Shown: positions 27,275 to 36,700 of the stretch, piece by piece | Layout: every line of letters begins with the position of its first letter | How positions within the stretch are numbered: the first letter of the stretch is position 1 | Origin: Verrucomicrobiota bacterium | GTDB taxonomy: Bacteria; Verrucomicrobiota; Verrucomicrobiia; Limisphaerales; CANJXF01 | Assembly (NCBI GenBank): GCA_038214755.1 | Contig: JBBQRQ010000028.1 | Location: forward strand, 1 to 50,381 | Direction: 5' to 3' | DNA length: 50,381 nt | Translations under genes and position numbers: made by a program | Notes under the pieces: model-generated | Told to the model about the DNA's origin: nothing | Databases searched by the model: none | Seen by the model: only the letters and a program-made list of their open reading frames with translations

Positions 27275-28587
27275 TTGTTGCCATCGCCGATGATCTCACG
27301 GGTGCTGCGGAAATTGCGGCCATCGGCTGGCGTTATGGATTGCGCGCCGAGGTTCATTCGCAACTGGATTTGCCATCCACCGCAGACTTGGTCGTGATAG
27401 ACACCGACTCGCGAAATTGTCCGGCCAAAGAAGCCATCAAACGAGTTCGCAATGCGATCAAGTCTCTAGTGGGGCAGGCTTCCAGCCTGCCCATCCCGGG
27501 CATCTTGCCCCAGTTTCCAATTCGCGGGCTGGAAGCCCGCATGGCAGGCAGGATGCCTGCCCCACTTTACAAACAGTCTCTCATTTCTAAACAGGCTTTA
27601 AAGAATTACCACATCGATTGGATTTATAAAAAAATAGATTCCGTTTTGCGGGGAAATATTCTCGCGGAGGCGGAGGCCATGCAGAAAGCGATGGCGATTC
27701 CGCGTTCGCTCATCGTCCCATGCAATCCGTCTCTGGGCCGCACAATTCACAACGGAAAATATTCGGTGCAGGGGCGCCTCATCAGTGAGTCGGATTTTCG
27801 CAATGACCCGCATCATCCCATTACCAGTTCGGACGTGCTGGAAATTCTTCACGCAAAACGAAACCAGATTGAGGTGCGAAAGCCGACCCAGCCCGTCCGA
27901 AAAGCGGGTGTCACCGTCGGCGAAGCCAGCAGCAAAGCCGATCTGCAAATGTGGGCGGCAAAGATTTGGAGCGCCGCCATTTTGCCGATGGGCGGTGCGG
28001 AATTTTTTGCAGCGCTGCTGGAAGCCCGTGGTTTTCAATTAAAAGACAAGCCGTCCGCGCCCGCCGTTAATTCCTCCAAAAGATTATTTATTTGCGGGAG
28101 CGCTTCCGCGTCGGCCCAACTTTTTATCAGCACCGCGAGAACAAAGGGATTGGCGGTTTCATCCATGCCGTTGCGAATGGCGCATCGGCTCTCGGATAAA
28201 AAGTCGTTGCAGGAATGGAAAAAAAAGACGCAAACGGCGCTGAGATTTAACTCGGCGGTCATTGCCGCCATTGACCTGCCACTTCAGGCAAAATCTAAAT
28301 CGATGGAAAAATATTCCAAACAACTGCTGACCGTTGCGGGATCGATTCTGGAATCAGAATCCATCGGACAGATTTTTATTGAAGGTGGAGCCACCGCTTC
28401 TTCGCTCGTGCGGCAGATGGGGTGGAGCAGCCTGAGCGTCGTGCACGAGTGGGCACCGGGAGTTGCTACGATGCGGGTCGAGAATGATGGCGGACAATTT
28501 ATCACCATTAAACCGGGCAGCTACCAATGGCCTCCGGAAATCGTCAGGCTCGCCGCCACCGAGCGCATTCTTTTCCCAGTGGCGTAA
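27271..28587 (+). CDS. Four-carbon acid sugar kinase (DUF1537 family) with an in-frame REP insertion
   Basis: 'IADDLTGA', 'DTDSR', 'YKKIDSVLRGN', 'IEGGATA', 'ITIKPGSY'; ATG overlaps the pdxA stop. Confidence 0.88.
   Translation: MIVAIADDLTGAAEIAAIGWRYGLRAEVHSQLDLPSTADLVVIDTDSRNCPAKEAIKRVRNAIKSLVGQASSLPIPGILPQFPIRGLEARMAGRMPAPLYKQSLISKQALKNYHIDWIYKKIDSVLRGNILAEAEAMQKAMAIPRSLIVPCNPSLGRTIHNGKYSVQGRLISESDFRNDPHHPITSSDVLEILHAKRNQIEVRKPTQPVRKAGVTVGEASSKADLQMWAAKIWSAAILPMGGAEFFAALLEARGFQLKDKPSAPAVNSSKRLFICGSASASAQLFISTARTKGLAVSSMPLRMAHRLSDKKSLQEWKKKTQTALRFNSAVIAAIDLPLQAKSKSMEKYSKQLLTVAGSILESESIGQIFIEGGATASSLVRQMGWSSLSVVHEWAPGVATMRVENDGGQFITIKPGSYQWPPEIVRLAATERILFPVA
27469..27565. repeat. REP doublet (GTGGGGCAGGC...GCCTGCCCCAC) inside the kinase CDS
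   Basis: Closely matches the reverse complement of 15707-15797. Confidence 0.8.
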
Positions 28588-28591
28588 CTCG

Positions 28592-31500
28592 ATGATGATT
28601 CAATCCATCAACTTCCTCTCATTGCAGATGCGAAGGTGTTTCTTGCTCGTGATTATTTTTGTGGCGATGACTCCAGGCCGGGCCGCAGAGTTTCCGAAAA
28701 TTTACAACAGCGAAAAGGACAAATCCGCCGCGCCTCCTTCCGCCGGGGATTCCTTGGCCGCGCTGCAACTCCCGCCCGGCTTCAAAGCGACGGTGTTCGC
28801 ATCCGAGCCCGACGTGCAAAATCCCATTGCCATGACGTGGGATTCTCGTGGCCGTCTTTGGATCGCGGAAAATTACACCTACGCCGAACGGGGAATAAAT
28901 TTCGACCTGCGCTTGCGGGATCGCATCCTGATTTTCGAGGACACCAATGGCGACGGCCATTTTGATTCGCGAAAAGTTTTTACAGAGGAAGTGCAAATGC
29001 TGACCAGCATCGAAGTAGGTCACGGAGGTGTTTGGGCCATGTGCCCGCCTCAATTATTTTTTATTCCCGACAAAAACGGAGATGGAATTCCCGACGGCGC
29101 GACGGAAGTTGTTCTCGATGGCTTTAAGATTCCCTCCGCCAGTTATCATAATTTCGCCAACGGTTTGCGCTGGGGTCCTGATGGCTGGCTTTATGGTCGT
29201 TGCGGGGCATCGGCTCCGGGAGAAATCGGAATTCCGGGGACTGCCCAGAAAGACCGATTGCCGCTGCGTGGAGGAATCTGGCGTTATCATCCCGCGCGAA
29301 AACTGGTAGAGGTATTAACTTCAGGAACCGTCAATCCGGGGGGTCATGACTGGAACGAACACGGCGAAGCATTTTTTATCAACACGGTGGCCGGTCATTT
29401 CTGGCACCTGATTCCCGGCGCGCATTTTGTCGCCGCCCACGCGGTTGATTCCAATGCGCGCGCTTACGAATTGATCGACATGCACGCCGACCATTGGCAT
29501 TTCGACACCGGCAAATCCTGGACAGAATCTCGCGACGGGATTGCGAATGCCTATGGTGGTGGTCACGCGCACGCGGGCGCGATGATTTATCAAGGCGACA
29601 ATTGGCCGGCGCAATATCGCAATCACCTTTTCACTTTGAACATGCACGGTCGGCGCGCGAACCAGGAAATTTTGGAGCGGACAGGTTCCGGCTACGTGGC
29701 GCGACATGGAACTGACTGCTTTTTTTTCGGAGACAAATGGTTTCGCGGATTGGAGATCATCTCTGGTCCTGATGGCGGCGTGTTCGTCCTGGATTGGAGC
29801 GACACCGGCGAATGTCACGAGAGCACCGGCGTACATCGAACGTCCGGTCGCATTTACAAAATAACCTATGGCGACCCGAAGTTTAATCGAGTCGATCTCC
29901 AGGGTTTGTCGATAAGTGAATTGGTCAAACTCCATGCCCACACCAATGAGTGGTTCGTTCGACAGGCGCGGCTCCAACTCGCAGAAAAAATGATCGAGGG
30001 CAGTCAATTCAAGTCAGCGAAAACACAATTGGAAAATCTCTTCACGCGTGAAACCAATGTAGTAGTTCAACTCCGCGCTCTGTGGTCTCTCTACGCGATT
30101 GGTGGAGCCGATGAAAAATTCTTACGCGCGTCACTCAGTCATCCCAATGAGCATGTTCGAACCTGGGCCGTCCGTTTGCTCAGTGATCTGTGGCCTCTCG
30201 ATACCGTCGTTTCTCTCCGGCCTCCGGATCGGATCGAAGGTTCTCCCTCGCCTGCCATTGCAAAAAAATTTATTGAACTGGCGAAATCCGATTCCTCCGC
30301 CCTTGTTCGTCTGTCGTTGGCGAGCGTTTTGCAGCGTCTGCCTTTTTCCGAGCGCGCTGAACTTGCCGCGCCTCTTTTCTCTCACGCCGAGGATGCCAGC
30401 GACCACAATCTGCCGCTGATGATTTGGTATGGACTGATTCCCTTGGGAAACAGTTCCCCGGAATCTCTCGTGCAACTCGCCGCCGATTGCCGGATTCCGC
30501 TGGTGAGAAAATTTATTGCGCGGCGTCTCGCTGAAGATATTGAGAAAAATTCCGCTTCATTGAATCACTTGCTCGAATTGACCACGGCCCAATCCGAATC
30601 GTTCCAGGACGATGTGCTCGCGGGAATCGCAGAGGCGCTGCGCGGCTGGAGCAAAGCAAAAAAACCGCCGGGTTGGGACGCGTTGCAAAAGAAGTTGGCC
30701 ACCTCGGAAAGTCCCACGGCGCGGAATCGCGCGCGAGACCTCAGTGTTCTTTTCGGCGACGGTCGCGCGCTCGATGAAGTCAAACGGATCGTTCTCGATG
30801 ATAAAAATACTCTCGCGCTCCGGCGATCTGCTTTGCAGACGTTGATTGAAAATCGCCCACCCGACCTTCGGCAAATCTGCGAACAACTTTTGCCCGTTCG
30901 TTTTCTCAACACGACGGCTGTTCGAGGGTTGGCTCTGTTCAACGATGCCGCGATTGGAGAAAAGCTCGCGCGGAATTATGAAAAATTTTATCACTCGGAA
31001 CGCAATGCCGTGATGGAAACGCTTGTGTCTCGCCCGACTTTTGCAAAGTCATTGCTGAACGAAATTTTTGCCGGTCGAATTCCACGCGCGGATCTCACAG
31101 CGTTTCACGCCCGGCAAATTCGCAGTTTCAATGACCCGGCGCTGACCAAAAGGCTGACCGAAGTTTGGGGTGAATTGCGCGACAGCCCGGACGATAAAAA
31201 AAGATCGATCGCAAAATTAAAAGCCCATCTCACACCTGCGGTCATCGCCCGTGCCAACAAAAGCCAGGGGCGAGTGATCTTTGAAAAAACCTGCGCCGCC
31301 TGTCACACGCTCTATGGAAACGGTGGTCGCATTGGGCCTGACCTGACCGGTTCTGGACGCGATAATTTGGATTATCTGTTGGAAAACATAATCGATCCAA
31401 ACGGAGTGGTGAGCGTCGATTTTCTCATGTCTGTTGTTGACCTGAAAGATGGCCGCAGCTTGAACGGATTGATCAGGGCAAAAACAGATCGCGCCGTCAC

Positions 31501-31663
31501 CTTAAAAACAATCAACGAAACTTTGACGATGGAACGCAGCGGCATTGAAAGCATTCGGGAATCCGAGCTTTCATTGATGCCGGAAGGATTGCTGGACAGC
31601 TTAAGCGAAACAGACACGCGCGATTTAATCGGTTACTTGATGTCTCCATCCCAGGTTCTATGA
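28592..31663 (+). CDS. PVC-type heme-binding (CxxCH) membrane-bound dehydrogenase-like protein with HEAT repeats
   Basis: 'FASEPDVQNPIAMTWDSRGRLWIAENYTY', 'DKWFRG', 'CAACHTLYG', 'SLMPEGLL'. Alternative start at 28628. Confidence 0.9.
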   Translation: MMIQSINFLSLQMRRCFLLVIIFVAMTPGRAAEFPKIYNSEKDKSAAPPSAGDSLAALQLPPGFKATVFASEPDVQNPIAMTWDSRGRLWIAENYTYAERGINFDLRLRDRILIFEDTNGDGHFDSRKVFTEEVQMLTSIEVGHGGVWAMCPPQLFFIPDKNGDGIPDGATEVVLDGFKIPSASYHNFANGLRWGPDGWLYGRCGASAPGEIGIPGTAQKDRLPLRGGIWRYHPARKLVEVLTSGTVNPGGHDWNEHGEAFFINTVAGHFWHLIPGAHFVAAHAVDSNARAYELIDMHADHWHFDTGKSWTESRDGIANAYGGGHAHAGAMIYQGDNWPAQYRNHLFTLNMHGRRANQEILERTGSGYVARHGTDCFFFGDKWFRGLEIISGPDGGVFVLDWSDTGECHESTGVHRTSGRIYKITYGDPKFNRVDLQGLSISELVKLHAHTNEWFVRQARLQLAEKMIEGSQFKSAKTQLENLFTRETNVVVQLRALWSLYAIGGADEKFLRASLSHPNEHVRTWAVRLLSDLWPLDTVVSLRPPDRIEGSPSPAIAKKFIELAKSDSSALVRLSLASVLQRLPFSERAELAAPLFSHAEDASDHNLPLMIWYGLIPLGNSSPESLVQLAADCRIPLVRKFIARRLAEDIEKNSASLNHLLELTTAQSESFQDDVLAGIAEALRGWSKAKKPPGWDALQKKLATSESPTARNRARDLSVLFGDGRALDEVKRIVLDDKNTLALRRSALQTLIENRPPDLRQICEQLLPVRFLNTTAVRGLALFNDAAIGEKLARNYEKFYHSERNAVMETLVSRPTFAKSLLNEIFAGRIPRADLTAFHARQIRSFNDPALTKRLTEVWGELRDSPDDKKRSIAKLKAHLTPAVIARANKSQGRVIFEKTCAACHTLYGNGGRIGPDLTGSGRDNLDYLLENIIDPNGVVSVDFLMSVVDLKDGRSLNGLIRAKTDRAVTLKTINETLTMERSGIESIRESELSLMPEGLLDSLSETDTRDLIGYLMSPSQVL

Positions 31664-32991
31664 AAAATCTCAACCGCCATATCCCACGAATCCCGCCGCC
31701 TAATCCCGGGCGCATGATGAAACATTGGCGCGTGCTCTGCGAAGAAATTGGCGAGCGCCGCGCCGGCAGCAAAAATGAAAAACGCACTGCGGATTATTTG
31801 CAAAAACAGTTTCTCGAACTTGGATTATCATCGGTCGCCGCCGAAGAATTCCCCTGCATCACAGTGGAAAAATCGGAAGTGCTTTTGAAAGTGAAAACGC
31901 CAAAGGGTTTTCGCAAAATTCCCGGTCGCGCTCTGGTGGGCGCGCCCTCGACCTTTGGCACCAAGGAGATTTCCACCGAAATGGTTTGGGTCGAGATGCC
32001 GGAACAAGCATCACGACTTTTCCAAAAAAATTTGCGCGGCAAGATCGTCGTCCTCTTCGGGCCGCTGCCGAACGATGTCGGTTTGCATCGCAAGCTCGTC
32101 AGCCTCGCGCCTGCGGCAGTGATTCACGTGGATGATCGTCTTCCTTTTGACTGGCAAAAAGACGACGGCGTTTATCCTGAATGGACGCGGCGCTACGGAA
32201 TGCCGCCGATGATTTCCATTCCATATCGCGTGGCGTGGGATTTGAAAAAATTGGGATGCAACGAAGCGAAAATTCGTGTTCGTGTTCAGCAGCGGGAAGG
32301 AATTTCCCAAAATGTCGTCGCGGAAATTCCTGGATCAAATCCGAAACTTCCGCTCATTCAGGTCAGCGCGCACCATGACACGCAATGCAACACCGTCGGC
32401 GCGGACGACAATGCGTCGGGAGTGATTGGTTTGTTGGAACTCGCCGCCTTGCTGAAAAACAGCCGGCCACTTCGCACGATCCGATTCATTTCATTTGGCA
32501 CGGAAGAACAACTTTCGGTTGGCGCGGCGCACTATGTGAAAACACATCGCAAAGATCTTTCCAGAATTTGCGCGGTGCTCAACCTCGACGGGATTTCTTC
32601 CGTGCTGGGCCACAATTATCTTTTTCGCGGGGGCCAACCGGAATTTGGATCGACACTTGTTCGACTTCTGGCGGAAAACGGACTGGACGTAAAAGAGACG
32701 AACATTCTTTCACCTTACGGAGATCATTTTCCTTTTTCGGTTTATGGAATTCCGTCGATGACGCTTTCGCGACCGAACCTGCATTTTTTCATGAGCTGGA
32801 AACACCACAGCCTTCACGACACGTTGGACGAAGTTTCCGTCGAAGCGGCGGCAAAAATTATTCGCGCGCTGGCCGGAGTTATTTCTTCCCTGGCCGCTCG
32901 CGAGAAATGGCCGTTTGCACGCGGTCTTCCGCGCGATCAAGCCGTTGAAACTCGAAAGCTCGCCCGTGATTTGTTTGGAATGAATGTCTGA
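31660..32991 (+). CDS. M28 family metallopeptidase with a PA-like insert
   Basis: 'SAHHDT', 'GADDNASGV', 'FGTEEQ', 'VLNLDG', 'GDHFPF', 'HHSLHDT'. Confidence 0.88.
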   Translation: MKNLNRHIPRIPPPNPGRMMKHWRVLCEEIGERRAGSKNEKRTADYLQKQFLELGLSSVAAEEFPCITVEKSEVLLKVKTPKGFRKIPGRALVGAPSTFGTKEISTEMVWVEMPEQASRLFQKNLRGKIVVLFGPLPNDVGLHRKLVSLAPAAVIHVDDRLPFDWQKDDGVYPEWTRRYGMPPMISIPYRVAWDLKKLGCNEAKIRVRVQQREGISQNVVAEIPGSNPKLPLIQVSAHHDTQCNTVGADDNASGVIGLLELAALLKNSRPLRTIRFISFGTEEQLSVGAAHYVKTHRKDLSRICAVLNLDGISSVLGHNYLFRGGQPEFGSTLVRLLAENGLDVKETNILSPYGDHFPFSVYGIPSMTLSRPNLHFFMSWKHHSLHDTLDEVSVEAAAKIIRALAGVISSLAAREKWPFARGLPRDQAVETRKLARDLFGMNV

Positions 32992-33003
32992 ACCATGCAG
33001 CCG

Positions 33004-33564
33004 ATGAATACGCCAACCCAACCATCGCTGGCGTTTCGCTGTGTTGAAGAAGTGGATTTAAAACCGTCTCTCGATTTGGCGATCAAGAATTTTTTGTGCG
33101 TCTGTTCGCCTGAAGAAATTTCCGCTTTTTCAAGAACTCGTTATTGGCACGGCTCAAAACCAACTTAACCGTTCCTCGGAGAAAACGACGGAAAAATTCT
33201 CGCTCACGTCGGCGTTGTCACTCGGCAGATTCGCGTGGGTGCGGAGCAAATTGACATCGCAGGAATTCAAAATCTCGCGGTGCATCCAGCCTCGCGTGGG
33301 CGGGGTTTCGCACAGCAAATCATGACCGCCGCGATGGACGAAGCCGCGCGACGCGAGATTCCATATGGGCTTTTGTTTTGCGTGGCAAAGTTGGAACGCT
33401 TTTATAATTCGCTGGGCTGGCGCACTCGCGTTGGAAAACCGACCATGCTCGATTCGCATGGGAATCGCGTTCCGATTCCAGAGAAAAATAGTTGCATGGA
33501 GAAAAATCTCAGCACGGCAACATTTCCCTCCGGACAAATTTTTTTGCAAGGCGCCGACTGGTGA
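33004..33564 (+). pseudogene. GNAT N-acetyltransferase interrupted by an in-frame TAA at 33166-33168
   Basis: One frame runs from ATG 33004 through '...YWHGSKPT*PFLGENDGKILAHVGVV...NLAVHPASRGRGFA...FYNSLGW' to TGA 33564. Confidence 0.75.
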
Positions 33565-33572
33565 AACATCAT

Positions 33573-33697
33573 TTGAAACCTCTGCAAAAGTCGTCGAGCA
33601 ACGGAGCGCAGAGCATTGCTCTGCCTGGTTTGCCAGCAATTCGCGCGGAGCAATGCTCCGCGCTCCGGCCATTTCAGTTGTTTTGCAGAGTTCTCAA
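33573..33697. mobile_element. MITE-like element: IS5-like inverted ends enclosing a REP doublet
   Basis: TTGAAACCTCTGCAAAA (33573-33589) / TTTTGCAGAGTTCTCAA (33681-33697), 15 of 17 matching; internal CGGAGCGCAGAGCATTGCTCTGC...GCGGAGCAATGCTCCGCGCTCCG. Confidence 0.6.
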
Positions 33698-33700
33698 CTT

Positions 33701-34726
33701 ATGAAAAACATTGCCATCGCAGGTTTCGGTTTCATGGGATCAATGCACGCGCAGGTTTATCAATCGTTGTCGGAAGCTCAACTGATCGGCGTGGTTGATT
33801 CGCGGGTCGAGGTTACCAAAGAATCCTTGAAGAAACTTGGTATTGACGCGCCGGTTTTTTCCGACTTGAAAACGCTCTTCAAAAATATCTCCGTTGATGC
33901 AGTGGATATTTGTTTGCCGACCGACCTTCACTGCGTCACGGCCCTGGAAGCGATTGAAAATGGCAAACACGTTTTTCTCGAAAAGCCCATTGCCCGAACG
34001 TTGAGCGAAGCGGAACAGATCATCAACGCGGCGAGGCGCGAAGGTGTTCGCTTGATGATTGGTCAATGCATTCGCTTCTGGCCGGAATATGAAGCGTTGA
34101 CGAAATTTGTCCGCGAACAACGCGCCGGAAAATTGTTGAGTCTTTCGATGCAGCGCCGCACCAGCGCTCCACTCGCCAGCAGTGCGACCTGGCAGTTGGA
34201 CGAACAGCGTTCGCTCGGATGCGTCGTGGAACTGCACATCCACGACACGGATTTTGTTCATCATCTTCTCGGAAAACCCAAGTCGGTCACGTCCATTGGC
34301 ACGCGCGACTCCTCCGGTTGGTCGCACATTTTCACGACCTACGAATTTCCGTACCTGATTGTGCAAGCGGAAGGCGGTTGGAATTACCCGTCGAAATGGG
34401 GATTTCAAATGGCGTTTCAAGCCGTCTTTGAACGCGGCTCCGTTGAATACGATAGCCGCGCAAATTCGACTCTCACCTGTACGCTGGAAAATCATGCGCC
34501 TGCTCCACTCGCGTTTGATGCGCCTGCCGTCGGAACTTCAAAAAGCGGCGCGGGAAATATCAATTCGCTTGGCGGCTACCAGCGCGAACTAGAATATTTC
34601 ATCAATTGTCTGGAGCAAAATCGCGACCCGGAAATTTCCACTGGCGAGCAAGCCACTGATTCTTTACGCACTTGTTTTGCCGAAATAAAATCGTGCGCCG
34701 AACGCCGCGCCATTTCACTGGAGTAA
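33701..34726 (+). CDS. Gfo/Idh/MocA family oxidoreductase
   Basis: 'IAIAGFGFMGSMH', 'DICLPTDLH', 'GKHVFLEKP', 'ELHIHDTD'. Confidence 0.92.
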   Translation: MKNIAIAGFGFMGSMHAQVYQSLSEAQLIGVVDSRVEVTKESLKKLGIDAPVFSDLKTLFKNISVDAVDICLPTDLHCVTALEAIENGKHVFLEKPIARTLSEAEQIINAARREGVRLMIGQCIRFWPEYEALTKFVREQRAGKLLSLSMQRRTSAPLASSATWQLDEQRSLGCVVELHIHDTDFVHHLLGKPKSVTSIGTRDSSGWSHIFTTYEFPYLIVQAEGGWNYPSKWGFQMAFQAVFERGSVEYDSRANSTLTCTLENHAPAPLAFDAPAVGTSKSGAGNINSLGGYQRELEYFINCLEQNRDPEISTGEQATDSLRTCFAEIKSCAERRAISLE

Positions 34727-34728
34727 TC

Positions 34729-35619
34729 ATGAAAAAATCCATCAGCAATTGGTCGTTTTACGGAAACTGGAATCTTGCGGAAAAATTCGCGCTGGCGAGA
34801 GAAGCGGGTTTCGACGGATTTGAAATTGATTTATCGGAAGATGGCCCGGTGAATTTTAAAAGCAGCCAGGCCGATCTGGTTGCGTTGCGTAAACAGGCGG
34901 ACAAATCCGGTCTAATGCTCAGCGGATTGGCTTCGGGACTTTATTGGAATTTTAATGGCGCGAGTGAAAATCCGGCGACTCGCCAGAAAGCTGCGGAACT
35001 TCTCGAGCGCCAAATCGTCTGCGCCAATCATCTCGACATCGACGCGATTTTGGTCGTGCCTGCGACGGTGGGCGTCGATTTTATTCCGAACGCGGAAGTG
35101 GTTCGCTACGACGTGGCGCTGGAGCGCGCGAAGAAACTGGTCCAAAGCGCGCTTCCACTTGCGGAAAAACTCGGCGTCACCATCGGCATCGAAAATGTCT
35201 GGAATAAATTTCTTCTCAGCCCGCTCGAAATGCGCGACTTCATCGACAGCTTTGGCAGCGAACGTGTCGGCGCCTATTTCGACGTCGGCAACGCGCTGAA
35301 CACGGGTTATCCCGAACAATGGATTTCCATTCTCGGTTCACGCATCACGCGCGTTCATCTAAAAGATTTTCGCCGCAACGTCGGCACGGTGGACGGCTTT
35401 GTCGATTTGCTTTCCGGCGATGTCGATTGGAAAGCGGTCGTCGCCGCGTTGCGTGAAATCAAATACGCCGGCTGGTGCGTGGCGGAAATGCTTCCGCCCG
35501 TTCCATTTTATAAACACGCGCCGGAAACTTTGATTCACAACACATCACGAGCGATGGATGCGATTTTTGCGCTGGGTGAAACGGCGAAATTACTGCGCGC
35601 AAGGAAGACTCGTTCATGA
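34729..35619 (+). CDS. Sugar phosphate isomerase/epimerase (xylose isomerase-like TIM barrel)
   Basis: 'AGFDGFEI', 'GIENVWNKFLLSP', 'YFDVGN', 'VHLKDF', 'GDVDW'. Confidence 0.9.
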   Translation: MKKSISNWSFYGNWNLAEKFALAREAGFDGFEIDLSEDGPVNFKSSQADLVALRKQADKSGLMLSGLASGLYWNFNGASENPATRQKAAELLERQIVCANHLDIDAILVVPATVGVDFIPNAEVVRYDVALERAKKLVQSALPLAEKLGVTIGIENVWNKFLLSPLEMRDFIDSFGSERVGAYFDVGNALNTGYPEQWISILGSRITRVHLKDFRRNVGTVDGFVDLLSGDVDWKAVVAALREIKYAGWCVAEMLPPVPFYKHAPETLIHNTSRAMDAIFALGETAKLLRARKTRS

Positions 35620-35648
35620 AATCGCGATTGGCTCGCCAAAATATTATC

Positions 35649-35774
35649 TGGAGTGCGGGGACATGTCCCCGCTTTGGTTGCATTGTAAACAAAGCAAAGG
35701 CATCAGTTGGTTCGGGAATTTCCGCTCCCCCACGAGACGTGAAGGAAAAGCGGCCTCGTGCTGCCGCAGTCCAA
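35649..35774. repeat. REP doublet of the TGGAGTGCGG...CCGCA(G/C)TCCAA type
   Basis: Inverted units at 35649-35675 and 35747-35774; a related single unit at 38748-38775. Confidence 0.65.
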
Positions 35775-35779
35775 TGTCT

Positions 35780-36700
35780 ATGAAGAAACGCTATCCATCC
35801 TGCATTCTTGCGACCTGCTGCATTCCGTGGAACGACGACGGCGCACTGGCCGAGGAAGTTTTCCGGCGCGAAATTCGAAACCTGCGCGACAACCTTACGC
35901 GCCACCTTTATGTGTTCGGCACCGCAGGCGAAGGTCACGCCGTCACGGAAAAGCAATACGACCAGATCATCCGAATTTTCCACGAAGAAACTAGACAGCC
36001 GAACACGCATCCGATGATAGGCGTGATTCATCTCTCGCTCGGCACCATTATCGAACGCATCGAACGCGCTCGCGAGCTGGGTTTTCGCGCGTTTCAAATT
36101 TCCCTGCCCAGTTGGGGCGCTTTGAATGACCGCGAGATGATGACGTTTTTCCAGGAAACGTGCGGACGTTTTCCGGACTGCTCGTTTCTGCACTACAACT
36201 TGCCGCGCGTAAAACGTCTCGTCACCCAAGAGGAATACGCAAAGCTGGCGAAGCAATTTCCCAATCTCGTCGCCACGAAAAACAGCACCGATTCGATGGA
36301 TCGGATTATCGGCTTGATGACAAAAGCGCCGGAGCTTCAGCACTTCTACACCGAGACTGGCTTCGGCTACGGCGCGCTGCTTGGCGAATGCGGTTTTTTA
36401 ATTTCCGTCGCTTCGATGAATTTTCAGCTTGGCCGCGAATATTTCCAAGCTGGACGTGATCAAAACCAGGAGAAGCTTTTGGCAATGCAGCAGGAACTAA
36501 AACATCTAACGAATGATTTCATCGCCTTCGTCGGCAATGAGGCGCACATGGATGGGGCTTACGACAAATTTTTTTGCAAAATGCACGACCCGGAATTTCC
36601 ACTTCGCCTGTTACCGCCGTATGCAACTTTCAGCGATGAAAAATTCCAAGGCTTGGTGAAGTTTGTGCGGGAAAAATATCCGCGCTGGCTTAACCCCTAA
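35780..36700 (+). CDS. Divergent DHDPS/NAL family aldolase-like protein
   Basis: 'FGTAGEGHA', 'LHYNLPR', 'VATKNS'. The ORF-track start 35558 runs through a repeat. Confidence 0.8.
   Translation: MKKRYPSCILATCCIPWNDDGALAEEVFRREIRNLRDNLTRHLYVFGTAGEGHAVTEKQYDQIIRIFHEETRQPNTHPMIGVIHLSLGTIIERIERARELGFRAFQISLPSWGALNDREMMTFFQETCGRFPDCSFLHYNLPRVKRLVTQEEYAKLAKQFPNLVATKNSTDSMDRIIGLMTKAPELQHFYTETGFGYGALLGECGFLISVASMNFQLGREYFQAGRDQNQEKLLAMQQELKHLTNDFIAFVGNEAHMDGAYDKFFCKMHDPEFPLRLLPPYATFSDEKFQGLVKFVREKYPRWLNP

Noticed and set aside
33166..33168. Programmed readthrough or recoding of the GNAT stop
   Set aside because: The codon is TAA, which terminates many genes here, and no recoding signal is evident.
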